From Piedraia hortae CBS 480.64 (taxonomy: Eukaryota): 64,000 bases of DNA. The position numbers were made by a program, and so were the translations under genes. Position 1 is the stretch's first letter, and every line of letters begins with the position of its first letter. Location: positions 268,217 through 332,216 of the forward strand of contig MU005963.1 in NCBI GenBank assembly GCA_010093745.1, in the 5' to 3' direction. A model generated the notes under the pieces. The model was not told the origin of the DNA. It did no database searches and was given only the letters and a program-made list of their open reading frames with translations. Below, piece after piece: positions 30,980 through 44,341 of the stretch.

Positions 30980-33900
30980 TTACCTGCCCTTCCTCTTACG
31001 CATCGCAACATTCGCCTCATACTTTGCAATAAGCATTTTCAAACCAACGCCTTTCTCCCCATTCTCCTCCAGCCACTCCTCCATCTTGCCTCTACATCTG
31101 CCCAGGCCGTTTAAGAGAGGCATCTTCCCATTGTCCTCATCCTTGGCAAAACTGAGCGGATTGAGTAGTAGGTCAAACAGCTCACCCCATAAAGCCGTAG
31201 ACCAGTACCTCTTGAGCGACTCTTTGATCTTCTCCCTCCTCTCCCCTCCGAAACCCTCATCGTCCTTTTCTACAACCACTTTCGTCTCAATATACTTCCC
31301 AAACAGAAGCATGTAGATGACACCGGCAAGGGCGTGGTAATCAATCTGCCAAGTCCAGGGCCTCAGCTCTCTCATCTCCCTGCAATCTGCCATTGACGTT
31401 TTCCAATCAGCGACAAACTGCACGTCGGGCTCAAAAGCCCGCATATCAATACTCCTCCCAAAATCAATCAACAAAATCCCTTTACTCGCCCACCCATGCG
31501 CCCCAGAGGGGAAATATCTGGGCGACCAATCGACCTCAGAGCCGGGATCGTTGAAGCGGACGAGGACGTTATCGCCCTTGAGGTCGCCATGGATGATGCC
31601 TTGGCTGTGCAAAGCTTCCACGGTGCGGAGCAGCTCTACAGTCAGGAACATGGCCATGCTCTCGTCGATGCTACCGCTGCCACCTTCACTGCGTGAGCTG
31701 TTAACCAGATCCAGCAGCGTGCCCTGTGACAGATAGTCTTCAATGAGGAAACACTCGTCGGTGAAGGAATGGAACTCGTAGGCAGAGACAATGCTACGCA
31801 TGGACCGTGTCGTGCGTAACCGCTGCGCTGCTTGGCGGAGGATGTAGAATTCCCATGGTGAGGGAGGGTGTTCCATTTTCATGGCCTCGAGGCTGCGTCT
31901 TCTAGAGGTTGTTTGATGAGGGTTTGAATCGATTTCCTCGTCTGGTTGGGGATTTGTGCAGAGGTAGACAGGCGCAAATGTCCCAGCGCCGAGTTCGCGT
32001 TGGATTTTGTAAGGTGCCAAGGCACCTGGGAGGACGATGACGGGTGCGGAAATGGTTGCGTCGCGGTTGGGTTTTTGTTGAGCTTTGATGAACTTCTTGA
32101 TTTCACCGCTGCGGCCGGAGACAGTGTTGTGATGTATGTAACCTGGGTAGGAGGAAAGTGGGGGTTCGATTGAGGAGAGAATGGTTTTATGGATGGCATC
32201 GTCCATCGGATTGCATTGGCGTTCTGTGATGATAGGCTTGGTAGCTTGGACCGGAGCTGGTGAAGATTCAACTGCCATGGTCTGAGACGAAGCGGTCCCT
32301 GCTCCTAGAGCTATGGTCCCTTTGGTGCTTTTCGTGCGGATGGGCAGGAGAATGTTGCGATTTAGTGATGGTAGGGGAACCGTGTCCTCCAAATTGCTGT
32401 CGTCTAATTCGTGTTCTTCAATCACTGGAGCTTGGCTGCGGCTGGGAGTTTTTGAGTCGAGATATTCCTTGTCTACGCGCACCGTAGCTACGCCAAATGA
32501 GGATTCGGTCTGCTCAACAATGGGTGTCAAGTATGTGAATCGTTGATTGGATTTGAGATTTGCATCTCGAACTTGAGTTGCAGGTGGCTCGTAGTCTTCC
32601 GGTGGTATGGCGATTTGACGAGTCTTTGGCTCAACGTCCTGGGGCGTGAGAACTTCTTCTTTTCCTTCTCCTGACCAAGTGCTCTGTACCGTGTCGTCCT
32701 TCAACTTTGGGACGTGTTTGGTTTGTGAAAAGTCAGACCAGCCAGTTACATCTTCGTCTTCATCGTCATCATCATCTCGAGGCTGAGCTCTACCAAGCAG
32801 CTCTCTCTTCGTTTCGTCGCCGTACTCGCTCGTAGCAGTAGACAATTTGCCTGTAGCTGTGCTTTCATCCCCTGTCGTGTAGTCTTCTTCATCGCTGTCT
32901 TCTTCTTCCTGTTGTTGTTCTGCGTGGGATGCTAATGGCTGATTAAATATACCATAAATCTCGTCCATAGCTTCTTTGGTGTTGATGGTCATTGTAGGGT
33001 CTGCACGCTCGGCTGACTTTATCCGCTTCGGCTTCGACCTCGCGGGCGAGTCCATGTTTAGCTGGATAACTTTGGTCTCATTACTGACCTCCATCAGATC
33101 CATCTTGAGCTTACGCGTCCGATTTTGTCGTTCCTCACGACGCAATTGTTTCTTAGAGATGGCATCCCGCTGGGGCGGTGCATTCTCATCGTTTTCGCCG
33201 TTGATTTCTTCCATCAATCCTGCCTTTTCGGCCTGCACTGGCTTAGAAGTCAAGGTTGGATCCTGGAATATGTCAAACCCGCGCCTTTGCTTGGGTTCTT
33301 TCGGAGACCAGTCCTGATCCAACCAGCCGCGATGTTGTGCACGTAATTCTTCGAAGCAGTACTCTCTCCGAGACCCATCGACCTCGGGATACACTGTTTC
33401 CAGGTTGACAAACACACAATCCATCCTACCGGTTTTGGGATTCTGCATGCACTGTGAACTGGGCTTGCCAGACCAAAATTTGGGGACGCGCGAGGCGGTT
33501 TTAGACTGTATACAACGCTATTTAGTCCTGCAGTCGTGAATATGACTGTTGCCATTGATGGGAATGAACCTACCTCGTCTTTGAAAATCATGAGCTTGTG
33601 CATGCCACCGTTCGTCTTGCCTCCCTTGAGCGTTTCTCCAGCCCAAGGTTTGGCTTCAACGCTATTCTCCTTCTTTCGCGAAGCCAGTGTCCCAAGATTA
33701 TCCCAGCTGGCGCCCTCAGTTGAAGCCGGTCTCGATTCATCGCTGTCTGAGAATATGGCCATTTTGGATTTGTTCTTTTTGGGTGCTGGTGCGCGGGATT
33801 GCTGAGGCGCGGCAGGAGATGAGGCAGAAAAAGGGTCGACTTTGGCTGCTAGAGCGGGTCGCACAGTTGGAAGAGCGGGACTCGTTGGCTCTACTATGCC

Positions 33901-34521
33901 GGCTGGCCTGGACTCTTTTCTGCGCTCGAACTCGCCGAATTTGCGCAATAATCGAGCCGTTGGCGTGGCTTCTTTCTCTAGCCCCAACCTGTACACCTCC
34001 TCTGCTTGCTGCCATCGGCCTGCAGTCTCCAGCCAAGAGGCGAACTCTTCATAGTACAACGCCAAATTCTCTCCTATGCCATGGCGCGCCAGAAAGACAA
34101 AGACCTCGCGAGGCGCATCGGAAAACAATCGAATGTAATGAAGCCACAGCTTGAGATAGCGTGGATCATTCTTATAGCGGGCTGATGACTGAAATTCCTT
34201 GGTTCCTCGCTCCAGCAGTGGAAGCAATCGTGATTGCGGCGTTGCCTGTGCCGACGGATAGGCGTCGAGGGTCCATTTGACATAACGATCGTAAAAATCT
34301 AACGGGTCATCCGCCTCATCAATCGTCGCAAGCTCTTGTTCGAACGGAATGCGCGCCGCCGAATTTGCGTCTTGCATCAACGAGGGCGAGGGAGTTGCAT
34401 TGAGCGGAGGGGAGTAGAGTTGAGCAAGAGCTCTTGCGGAACGTCCGCTAGGTAGTGCTTGAATATTCTCCTTGTGCGATTCTATGACGCTGAAATCAAT
34501 TAGGTCTTCCGAATTGGCCAT
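30980..34521 (-). CDS. BUB1: Spindle checkpoint kinase Bub1 (intron 33506-33573)
   Basis: KEN box 'HKENIQALPSGRS', Mad3/Bub1 TPR ('DDPLD', 'YKNDPRYLKLW'), GLEBS-like 'EYCFEELRA', 'PTMTINTKEAMDEIYGIFNQP', kinase 'HGDLKGDN', 'IDFGRSIDM'. Confidence 0.95.
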
Positions 34522-34673
34522 GCTGGAGTGTCGATTGTTCCTTTGCAAACATTCAAGGGATTCAAACGATGCGCGACATGGCGCCTGGTTGCTGGGACAA
34601 CGGCCACGCGGCCCGCGTATAGCGAGCGCATCCACGCCTTCCCGTTTGGTCAAGCTAGATGCAATTCTAGATC

Positions 34674-35570
34674 ATGCAGCAAGAAGTATCGGATGAAGTG
34701 ACTTCGATCAACTCCATCTACGGAGAAGGAACAGTGAGCCAGCTACAAGAAGAATCGTGTATTTTTGCTCTAAAACTTCCTTCACAACCAGATATCAGCC
34801 TTCGATTGAAGTTTCCACCAAAGTATCCTGGTGCCCCACCCTCAATCCTAGGTACTCAGCATGTGGGCTCCGCATTTGCCAAAGGAACAGGTACAGAGGT
34901 GGTTGATCTGGTACGGCGTGTCCTTGCAGAAGTCTACACTGCTGGGGTGCCATGTCTGTACGATCTCCTCGAAGAATCGAGTTCGAGGCTTCAAGACCTC
35001 GTGCAAGAACGGCGCTCCAAAGATGAAAATTCATCCGATGCTCAGAAATTCAACGGTGCGCCCGGATCACCCATTCTCGGGCCAGATTTATCTCATGGTT
35101 CACAGCTTCCTGCAGAGCTTGGCGAAGTGCCGCCTTGGATCTTATCAGACACTGTCATAGAGAAAAAATCAGTATTTCTTGCTCGTGCTGCAGAAGTAAC
35201 TTCGACGGATCAGGCTCGCCGCTATCTTGCGCACCTTCTTACAACGGACAAGAAAGCGGCTAAAGCAACACACAACATCACCGCCTGGCGCATTCGGGGC
35301 GGAAACGGTATTCAATATCAAGATTGCGATGACGACGGAGAAACAGCCGCTGGTGGGCGTGTACTTCATCTGCTAGAGCTTATGGACGTTTGGAATATCA
35401 TGGTAGTGGTAACACGTTGGTACGGCGGTATACTATTGGGGCCCGACAGGTTTCGAATTATCAACCAGACAGCCCGTGATGCAGTTGCCAAGGCGGGATT
35501 GGTACCAGAAACAGGCTTAGGCAAAGGCTCGGGAAAAAAAAGGGATAAAAGAGGTAGAGCCCAAGCCTGA
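34674..35570 (+). CDS. YIH1: IMPACT/Yih1 (RWD + UPF0029 domains)
   Basis: RWD 'EVTSINSIYG...FPPKYP'; 'EKKSVF', 'ATHNITAWR', 'DDDGETAAG', 'VVTRWYGGILLGPDRF'. Confidence 0.93.
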   Translation: MQQEVSDEVTSINSIYGEGTVSQLQEESCIFALKLPSQPDISLRLKFPPKYPGAPPSILGTQHVGSAFAKGTGTEVVDLVRRVLAEVYTAGVPCLYDLLEESSSRLQDLVQERRSKDENSSDAQKFNGAPGSPILGPDLSHGSQLPAELGEVPPWILSDTVIEKKSVFLARAAEVTSTDQARRYLAHLLTTDKKAAKATHNITAWRIRGGNGIQYQDCDDDGETAAGGRVLHLLELMDVWNIMVVVTRWYGGILLGPDRFRIINQTARDAVAKAGLVPETGLGKGSGKKRDKRGRAQA

Positions 35571-36143
35571 CAGGCCCCAAGAAGCTGGCCATCTTAGTAG
35601 ACGATAGAGCTGGGGATGCCTATTGAAGCTGCCCAGAGTGAGAAGAAAGAACATACATTTCTTGTCGCCTCTATCGATGGCCTCCGGGAAGGTGTTCACA
35701 AAGTGCCAAAGTCCACCCACGAAAACGTCGAAGTGTGAGCCGTTGCTCTGGGTTCGCTATGTTAGATTTGATAACCATGGCGAAGGTGGGCAAGGAGAAG
35801 TATGCAAATGATGCCACCAACAGACAATCTAATGGAAAATGGCAGAATGCCTGGGAATCCAGTATACCAGGCTGGGATACTTGACCGAATATAGCAAGTA
35901 TCGCATAGCATAGAGCTGAAATCGGAGTTGAACAAGGACGAGGTTCGTTTAAACTACATATAGCCGTCATCAAAGCTTTCCACGTGTCATATGGAAGGCA
36001 TCTCCTATGCCAAATCGTTTTGACAGGTAATCAGGCTCATATGAAAGCATGCGTCATCAGTGCCCCACGCAACGGATAACGTCATCGTCGTGTACTTCGT
36101 GTAGACACCTTCCATGTACCGTTGAGCTCTCTACACAGGTACA

Positions 36144-38198
36144 ATGAACGTGCTGAAGCTGCAAAAGTGGGATCTCAATACTGACTCGCATCGACAAGGC
36201 TGACAGAGGAGCAGAAAGTATCCGCAGTTCCAACAATCGGACATTTATGGCCTGATCGATTCCTTCCGCAAGCTCGACACCGAGGATCGCGGCTATGTGG
36301 ACGAGGGAACAGCCATTAAGGCGGCCGAGAGTTCGGAGCAGAAACCGTATGATGTGGTGCGCCAGGCATTGAAGGAGGTGGGTCTGGACAGCTCGCGCCG
36401 CGTTGAGTTGGACGATTACGTAGACCTCGTGGCCCGTCTACGTGATAGCAGTGCAGCTCAGCAGCAGATCGGCACGCCACAGAGGGCCCGAGGACTGAGC
36501 AGCGCCGCCACCGGAGGCTCTCCGTCCACTGCACACGCCAGCAAGGGCAGCGTCGGTGGTGGTCGCATCACAGTTGGCGGCGCAACAGGCAGCAGCCAAC
36601 ACACCATTAACGAGGATGAGCGCACTGCTTTCACCTCCCACATCAATGCTGTGCTGGCTGGAGACCCTGATATCGGCCATCTCCTGCCCTTTCCGCTCCA
36701 CACGTTCGAAATGTTCGATGCCTGCAGGGACGGCATGGTGTTGGCCAAGTTGATCAACGACAGTGTGCCAGACACGATTGATGAGCGTATCCTGAACCGT
36801 CCTGGCAAGAAGATCAAGCAGCTAAATGCATTCCACATGACAGAAAACAACAATGTAGTCATCGAGTCGGCAAAGGGCATAGGATGCAGCGTTGTCAACA
36901 TCGGTGCTGGTGATATAATGGAAGGGAGGGAGCACCTGATCTTGGGGCTGATCTGGCAAATCATCAGGCGAGGTCTATTGGGCAAGATTGACATCAAGTT
37001 GCACCCAGAGTTGTATCGGTTGTTGGAGGACGGCGAGACACTCGAGCAATTCTTGAGACTACCGCCGGAGCAGATCCTTCTGCGCTGGTTCAACTATCAC
37101 CTCAAGAACGCTGGCTGGAAGCGCAGAGTCCAGAACTTCTCACACGATGTCAAAGATGGCGAAAACTACACTGTTTTGCTCAACCAGTTAGCACCCTCAA
37201 TTTGCTCACGCAGTCCCCTCCAGACTTCGGATTTGCTGCAGAGGGCCGAGCAGGTTCTGCAGAATTCCGACCGTCTCGATCCTCCTTGCCGGAAATTCCT
37301 GACCCCAACCTCGTTGGTTGCTGGCAATCCCAAGCTGAACCTTGCCTTTGTTGCGAATCTCTTCAACAATCATCCAGGTTTAGATCCCATCACTGAAGAG
37401 GAGAAGCAAGAGATCGAAGACTTTGATGCCGAAGGAGAGCGCGAGGCGCGAGTTTTCACCCTCTGGCTAAACTCACTGGACGTCAAGCCAACTGTGGTTT
37501 CCTTTTTCGATGATCTCAAAGACGGCACCATCTTACTTCAGGCCTATGACAAGGTCATCCCGGGCTCTGTCAACTGGCGTCATGTGAACAAGCCTCCGGC
37601 GAATGCCACCCAGCCCGTTTCCCAAGACCCGGATGAGGCCTATCTGAGCATCAAATCCGGCATGAGCAGGTTCAAGGCCATGGAAAACACCAATTACGCT
37701 GTGGAACTAGGCAAGCAAAACAGATTCTCTTTGGTCGGCATCCAAGGTGCGGATATTACTGACGGCCAGAGAACGCTCACGCTCGGCATGGTGTGGCAAC
37801 TCATGCGAAAAGACATCACAAATACTTTGACATCGCTCGCAAAGCGCATGGGCAAGCGAGAAATCAGTGACTCAGACATGGTGCAGTGGACCAATGGCAT
37901 GGCTGCCAAAGGCGCCAACAAAAGCCAAATTCGGTCGTTCAAGGACAGTTCACTGGCCACAGCTATCCCCCTTCTCGACGTTTTGTCGGGCATGAAATCC
38001 AGCTACGTTGATTACGACCTCGTTGCACCGGGACGCACGGACGATGAAAAATACCAAAACGCCAAGCTGGCTATTTCAATTGCGCGGAAAATGGGAGCTA
38101 CGATCTGGTTGGTTCCAGAAGACATTACCAGCCTTCGCAGCAGGCTTATCGTCACTTTCATTGGCAGTCTGATGGCTACAGCGGAGAAACTAAACTAG
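36144..38198 (+). CDS. SAC6: Fimbrin (intron 36167-36214)
   Basis: MNVLKLQKKYP start. CH-domain motifs 'LAKLINDSVPDTIDER', 'LILGLIWQIIRRGLL', 'EREARVFTLWLNSL', 'AISIARKMGA'. Confidence 0.97.
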
Positions 38199-38485
38199 CA
38201 GGCAAAAGATGTAGGCGTCGTATTCGTGCATGACTCACAATTCACCACTATAGTCCTTGCCTCACCCCGTAACGATAGAGCTGATTGATCGGTAAGGCTT
38301 GGTATCTCGTATGTCGAGCCTGGAGTCACTGTCTGCTGGGCGCTGATTGGCTAATACTGGTCGTACACCAGGTCACCCGCATGACTCCACAGCTCCTTCC
38401 TAATGAGGAAAACCTTGCCCCGCCTACTTGACCGTTAATTTCGCCACTGCATACACAACGCATTGACAATACCTCGAAGCATAAA

Positions 38486-39594
38486 ATGAACACAAGCATG
38501 GATACCGAAGCTACAACAACATCCACCACCGGCGGCAAGGCCTCCGAAACAAACAAAGATGGGCGTCAACCGCTAGTCAACGTCGCACCTCCACAGCGAG
38601 AAGACCTGCAGCCTTCTTATGCGAGAACGATCCAGCCAGATGAGAACGAAGAGGAACAGCATGGCTGGTATGGAGCCATGGTAAATACCATTGGAAACGT
38701 GATCGGTACTATGGGCGTAATCCCATGCTGTATCTGCTTTCCCAATCCATATCGCAGTGGTATGCACTCTTCCAGACTTCCATATCAAAAAATCTTCATA
38801 CTCATCACCACATAGTCGCCCAGGGAAACGTGGGCCTCTTGACCAAATTTGGCCGCTTCTCTCGCGCCGTGGACCCGGGACTCGTCAAGGTCAATCCATT
38901 GAGCGAGAAACTTATCGAAATCGATGTCAAGATCCAGATCTCCGAGGTGCCGCGTCAAGTGTGCATGACAAAGGACAATGTCAATCTGACGCTTACGTCG
39001 GTCATTTACTACCACATCACGTCGCCGCACAAGGCTGCTTTTGGCATCAGCGACATCCGCATGGCTCTCGTCGAACGCACCCAGACGACTCTGCGCCACG
39101 TTATTGGCGCCCGCGTGTTGCAAGACGTGATTGAACGCCGCGAGGAAATTGCGCAGAGCATTAAGGAGATCATTGATGAGACCGCCACGGGATGGGGTGT
39201 GCAGGTCGAGAGCATGCTCATCAAGGACATTCTCTTCAGTCAGGACCTTCAGGACTCGCTCTCCATGGCCGCCCAGAGCAAGCGTACTGGTGAGGCCAAG
39301 GTTATCAGCGCTCGTGCTGAGGTCGAGAGCGCGCGTCTCATGCGCCAGGCGGCAGATATTCTCTCAAGTGCCCCCGCCATGCAGATCCGTTACCTGGAGG
39401 CAATGCAGGCCATGGCTAGGTCCGCTAACAGCAAAGTCATCTTCTTGCCCGCGCCGCATCAGACGATGAGCAACGCCTTGGATGTAGCTGAGAGGAATGC
39501 GGAGGGCCCTTCAGCGTACAAAGAGGATTACACGCTCTCGCTGCCGCAAAATCTTGGTAGTGCGGTGCAGGCAAGGAACGTGGAGCACATGTAG
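38486..39594 (+). CDS. Stomatin-like SPFH/band-7 protein (intron 38760-38815)
   Basis: 'IPCCICFPNPY', 'QVCMTKDNV', 'QTTLRHVIG', 'AMQIRYLEAMQAMA'. Confidence 0.92.
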
Positions 39595-39775
39595 GATTCT
39601 TACAACTGTCCAGAAAACTTTGGTAGCTTTTATCTATTATAATCTGGGATCAAATACGCTATTCTCTGGGACGCATTACTCGGTTCCTCAAGATATGCAT
39701 CATTAAGCATCTAGTCATACACCGCAGCTCTGTGGCCCATTGACGCAGAGACCATGTACACAAAGCTCTTATGAA

Positions 39776-40455
39776 TCACGACTCAGATGACACAAATCCC
39801 ATGGGGGTAAACTTGATCGATCCCACCTTGAGGATGCGAGACACCTCATCGCTATAGTAAGCTGCGACAGACTTAGAGGGATTCTCTTTGTGAAGATCTT
39901 CGGCAAGACGGGCGATGCCCTTGAGGGCGTTAGTCAAGTCTTCCTCTGCGAGGCCTGCCCAGTTACTGAACTCAGGGAAGGAAGATTTTGAGCCCCGATG
40001 AACAAGGGGGTCAGCGGTACTGGACGACTCTGACCAAGTATTAGAATGGGCCTTTGACCAACAGCATGCGTGGGGTTTACGTACCGCTGTTTGTCTCTCC
40101 ACTGATGTAGACAGACTTGTCGAGGCCACGTAGATTCATTGACAGTAACTTTGAATCAACCATGCGAGCACGGTCTTCAGCTTCCGACCTCGTGCGAGGC
40201 GTGTTGGCGGGCGGAGCCGGGTAGTAAAAACTCTCGTCTTCGTCAATACTATCATGAGGAAAGTAGGACGTGGCTGAGTAATTCGAGTCCACATCAGAGT
40301 ATTTGATGTTCACCGGAGAGGATCCGGCCTGAGAAACGATCGAACTGCCTGCCAGATGTTAATGATCCAAGGTCGCGCCCATGGCAGATCACACCTTTAT
40401 GGGCGAACTCCTGACCGTGGTTCGTACCAGTGAGATTGTTGTTGGAACATGGCAT
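39776..40455 (-). CDS. Hypothetical spliced protein (introns 40349-40427, 40030-40084)
   Basis: ACCATCATG start. Two introns (GTACGA..TTAAC..CAG and GTACGT..CTAAT..CAG) join three frames into one ORF: MPCSNNNLTGSSIV...YYPAPPANTPRTRSE...FTPMGFVSSES*. Confidence 0.6.
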
Positions 40456-41500
40456 GATGGTAGGTTCAAATGAATGCATGCGGTTCAAGTGAGCGTGTGG
40501 ATGATGGCGAGAGTTGGTGAGGGAGAGGATGAAGGAGGGAAGTGGAAGGTCGTGTGCCCCAAATCTTTTATGTGATCCCTTCCCCTCCACGTGATGGTGG
40601 TGGCCTCAGCACATGGAGGGGTAGTGGCGGTGGAAGCGTTGGGAAGCTGCCAGGGTGTTGTATCAGATGCTGTTATTGTTTTAATTTTTTCTTTTTTTTT
40701 TCCCTTTTGTGTGTGTGTTGCTATATTGCCCGGATTTTTCCATTCCTAGAACTTCTTCCCACTTTAAGATCAGATTCTGGGATCATGCAGTTTGATGAAA
40801 GAAACAAGAGTTCGGTGTGAGTTCTCATGAGCGTTCGATGTTGTGTTCATGGGTGTTGAGCTCTAATCTTAGCGTGTCTGTCACAATTAGCGTGATGTCG
40901 AAATCTACTGCCACCCACCCTTAACAGCTCGAAACAACAGCTTCTCATTGCTTGATCAGAACCAATTGGAGCCAATCTTTCAACCAGCAAGGAATGGTAA
41001 ATTTCTTCATTACCACTGTAAAATTTTTATCATACGCTGCTTTGGGCATGTGATCGTAAGTGAGCTGCTCTAAGCAACGGGAAATTCTAAGGCGGTATTC
41101 GAATCATCATTTAACAAACTGGCACGGAATGGAGTGGATCAAGCCGATAGCCATGACCTGTAGAATTTCTTCGTGGCACTTTTCGACTGACTCCACAAAA
41201 TAGCATTATTGAATGCAAGGCACGTGAATATGGGGAGGGAGATCTGCGCGGGCCGGACCGTGGCAGAGCACAGCTTGCAGTTCTTTATTTTTTCTGCTGT
41301 TGTTCTTGAACACTCACGCTTCCCAGTAGGGTGCAGGTTCTTTCGTTTCCATATCCTATAACAACAAATCGTTAGTTCGGCATATCCGCCAGCGGGCTCG
41401 AGCGTTGAGGAGCATCTCTGGGGCTTCGGAGGCAGCCTCGAACTGTGCTCCTACACCGCGTTAAGCCGCCAACTGTCAACAACAGCTCCGAGAAGTCGAC

Positions 41501-43175
41501 ATGGCTGAAGCCACTACCCCTTCTGCCATCAAAATGGCCACCATGGGCGCTGGAACAGAAATCAGGAAGGAGAAGGCGGCGCCGGTCAAGCCCGAGCGAC
41601 CCGATGAGGCCCAGTACAAGGCAGAATTGGCAAAAGCCGAGAAAGAGCAGCGCTCTGCTGAGGAGCATCTGGTAGGTTCCTCGTTGACGGGTTCTTGCAT
41701 GCAGACTGACCGGATTAGGAATCTCTAAAATTAAAACTCGACAATGCGCATCCGAGTAACAAGGACTCTCCCGTTGGCAGGCGCCAGCAGCAACTCAGAG
41801 CGGAATTATTACAGATTCGAAGCCAGCAGCAATCGAGCAAGTCTTCCCGTGGTCAGGTGCTTGAGAAAATTAAGCGCCTCGACGATCGTATGAAGGAACA
41901 GCTTGCTAAGCAAAAGGCCGACCGGACCAAACTGCCATTCAAGACTATCGAGGCCATTGAAGCAGAAGTGGCTAGGTTACAAAAAGATGTGGACAGCGGC
42001 AAGATGCGCCTAGTTGACGAGAAGAAAGCGTTGTCGGACATCTCCCAACTCAACAGGCAAAAGAAGAATCTTGCAGCACTCGACGAGGCCAAGGAGGGCA
42101 CTGACGCCATGAAATCGGAGATCGTCTCACTACGCCAGAGCCTTGATGATCCCGAGTCCAAGACACTAAGTGACAGGTACCTGGCCATCACAACCGAACT
42201 AGACAAGATCAAGGCCGATCAAGATGTAGCCTTCAAGAACCTTACTGCACTTCGGGAAGAGCGGTCCAAGGCGTTTGACGATGTGCAACAGAAGAAAGTC
42301 GCTGTCAAATCCATCAAGGACAAGTACTTCCAGGCCAGACGGGCGGCCATGGAGTATGAAAGAGAGGCACGACGCATCCGTGACGAGAAGAGACGCGCCG
42401 AAAACGAAGCTTATCACCGAAACAAGCGACAAGAAGCGGCAAGGGCCAAGTTGGAGGAGGCCAGTGCCCCGGCGTATCAAGATGAGTTGCGCATTGCCAA
42501 CAATCTCCTGGCACGTTTCGATCCCAGCTCCGCAACCAAGCAAGAGGGTCCGGCACCGACAAAGTTCGCCGCTCCAGCAGCACGTACTGTTGATGGTTCT
42601 GATATCAAAGGGCGAGCCCTGAAGAAAAAAGGTGAAGACGACGAAAACTATTTTGTCGGCGGAGGTGGCAAAAAGGGCAAGAAGCGTGGCAATCACGCCG
42701 CCGCCGAAGGAAAGTTCACGTTGGATCCTGGCACTATCGACAGTCTGAATCGTTTGGGCGTTGACCCGCCGATGTCGTCAGCCGACGTTCCTGAGCTGGT
42801 CAAGAAGATCAAGGAGAAGATCTCTTTCTGGAAAGATGACCAGGAGCGCAAGACGCAAGAGGTACGTCTTGACGAATCTGTATGAAGGAGGGACGCTAAC
42901 TAAACCAGAATATTTCCAAGGCGAAAGCGGAGATAGACCGACTGGAGATAGCAGATGCTGGCCGCAAGGCCAAAGAGAATGCTAGAGATACCAAGATAAA
43001 TCGGGAAGCCTCTTCTTCTCCAAGGGAGGACTCCCCGGCTGTCCAGAAGCTACTGACTGCAAAGCAGCCAGCCGCCTTTAATGGCACAGAGGAGCCGAGC
43101 ACTACCGGAGCCGAAGAACACGAAACCGAGAATACCACTGCAGAAGCCCATAAAGTCGAGACCAACGCTTCTTAG
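41501..43175 (+). CDS. BFR1: Nuclear segregation protein Bfr1-like coiled-coil protein (introns 41672-41718, 42862-42908)
   Basis: 'VKPERPDEAQY', 'VDSGKMRLVDEKKAL', 'YFVGGGGKKGKK', 'LGVDPPMS', 'FWKDDQERKT'. Confidence 0.85.
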
Positions 43176-43346
43176 TCTCTGTCCCTTGCACGGAGTTTTT
43201 TCTGCTAGGAACCTAAGTAAACAGTGTAGCTGTTTTAATCAATTTCTATCTGCCATCTACGTGACTTCCCCGTAGGGCGTCGGCTATTCCCGTCTTGTCA
43301 CCAGCACTTGATAACTGCCATTTACCTCGCTCATTTACGGAGCACG

Positions 43347-43849
43347 ATGGCTTTATCCTTTATCCTTGTGCACAACAGGCAGTGTGTCTCCCGTCTGTCC
43401 TGGCTGGAACCTACTGATGCGTGTGTTCCAGGGGCAAAACGCGCCTAGCAAAATACTACTCGGCCTACACGGACGCCGAAAAGCTCGCGCTGAAATCGGA
43501 GATCCACCGACTAGTCGTGCCACGCGCGCAGCGACATACGTCCAACTTTGTCGAATTTCGTGGCTCGCAGCGGATCGTTTACCGGCGGTATGCGGGCCTC
43601 TTCTTTTGCGCTTGCGTCGACGCCAGCGACAACGAGCTCGCCTACCTCGAAGCTATGCACTTCTTCGTCGAAGTCCTGGATTCATTTTTTAGAAACGTTT
43701 GTGAACTGGACCTCGTCTTCAACTTTTACAAGGTCTACGCCATCCTAGATGAGGTTTTCCTCGCCGGTGAGGTTCAGGAGACGAGCAGGTCGGTCGTGCT
43801 GAACCGGTTGGACGCCCTTGATAAGCTCTCCGCTACGCGCGAGCATTGA
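43347..43849 (+). CDS. APS2: Clathrin adaptor AP-2 sigma subunit (intron 43382-43431)
   Basis: 'FILVHNRQGKTRLAKYY', 'SNFVEFR', 'VYRRYAGLFF', 'NELAYLE', 'NVCELDLVFNFYKVYAILDEVFLAGE'. Confidence 0.92.
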
Positions 43850-44341
43850 TGGGTACCTACTGGGCATGGATGCTTTGCAGATGGGGACATGACCGTATGA
43901 CTGTTATGAGTGGTAAGGCGCACGTGCTCATGGTAGAGGTATGTTTCCCCCTTCCATCTAAGATTGTACATTGCTAATCTGAGATGTGAGAGAAGGTTCT
44001 ATGTATGTACAAAACATCGTTTCCTTGTCGACGGTGTACTCCAGAGCATGGTTGGGTAATTCTGCATTGGTGTGACTGCTAATGGTCAGGAGATTGCACT
44101 GTAGAAGTATGACCAGACAGCCTGCTGTTGGAATATAACTCACCCGGTACTTTGCAATCCCAAAGGCTTCAGTCGAAAGCTTCCAGAGGAACTTCCGCTC
44201 CAGTGTCTTGACTTTATTTGCAAGCTGGTCCCTCTAATGACCGACATTTTGAGGCTGGTCTGATCTAAAGTGTGCCTTGCTTGCTGGATTAAGTGCTTGG
44301 GGCGAGATGGGCTCTCAAGTGGGAGCTTTTGCGGTGGTCTC

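Noticed and set aside
33250..33573. Apparent frameshift between two BUB1 ORFs
   Set aside because: Resolved by a canonical 68-nt intron (33506-33573).
43380..43431. Possible GC-AG intron in APS2
   Set aside because: A standard GT donor at 43382 gives the conserved NRQGKTR sequence.
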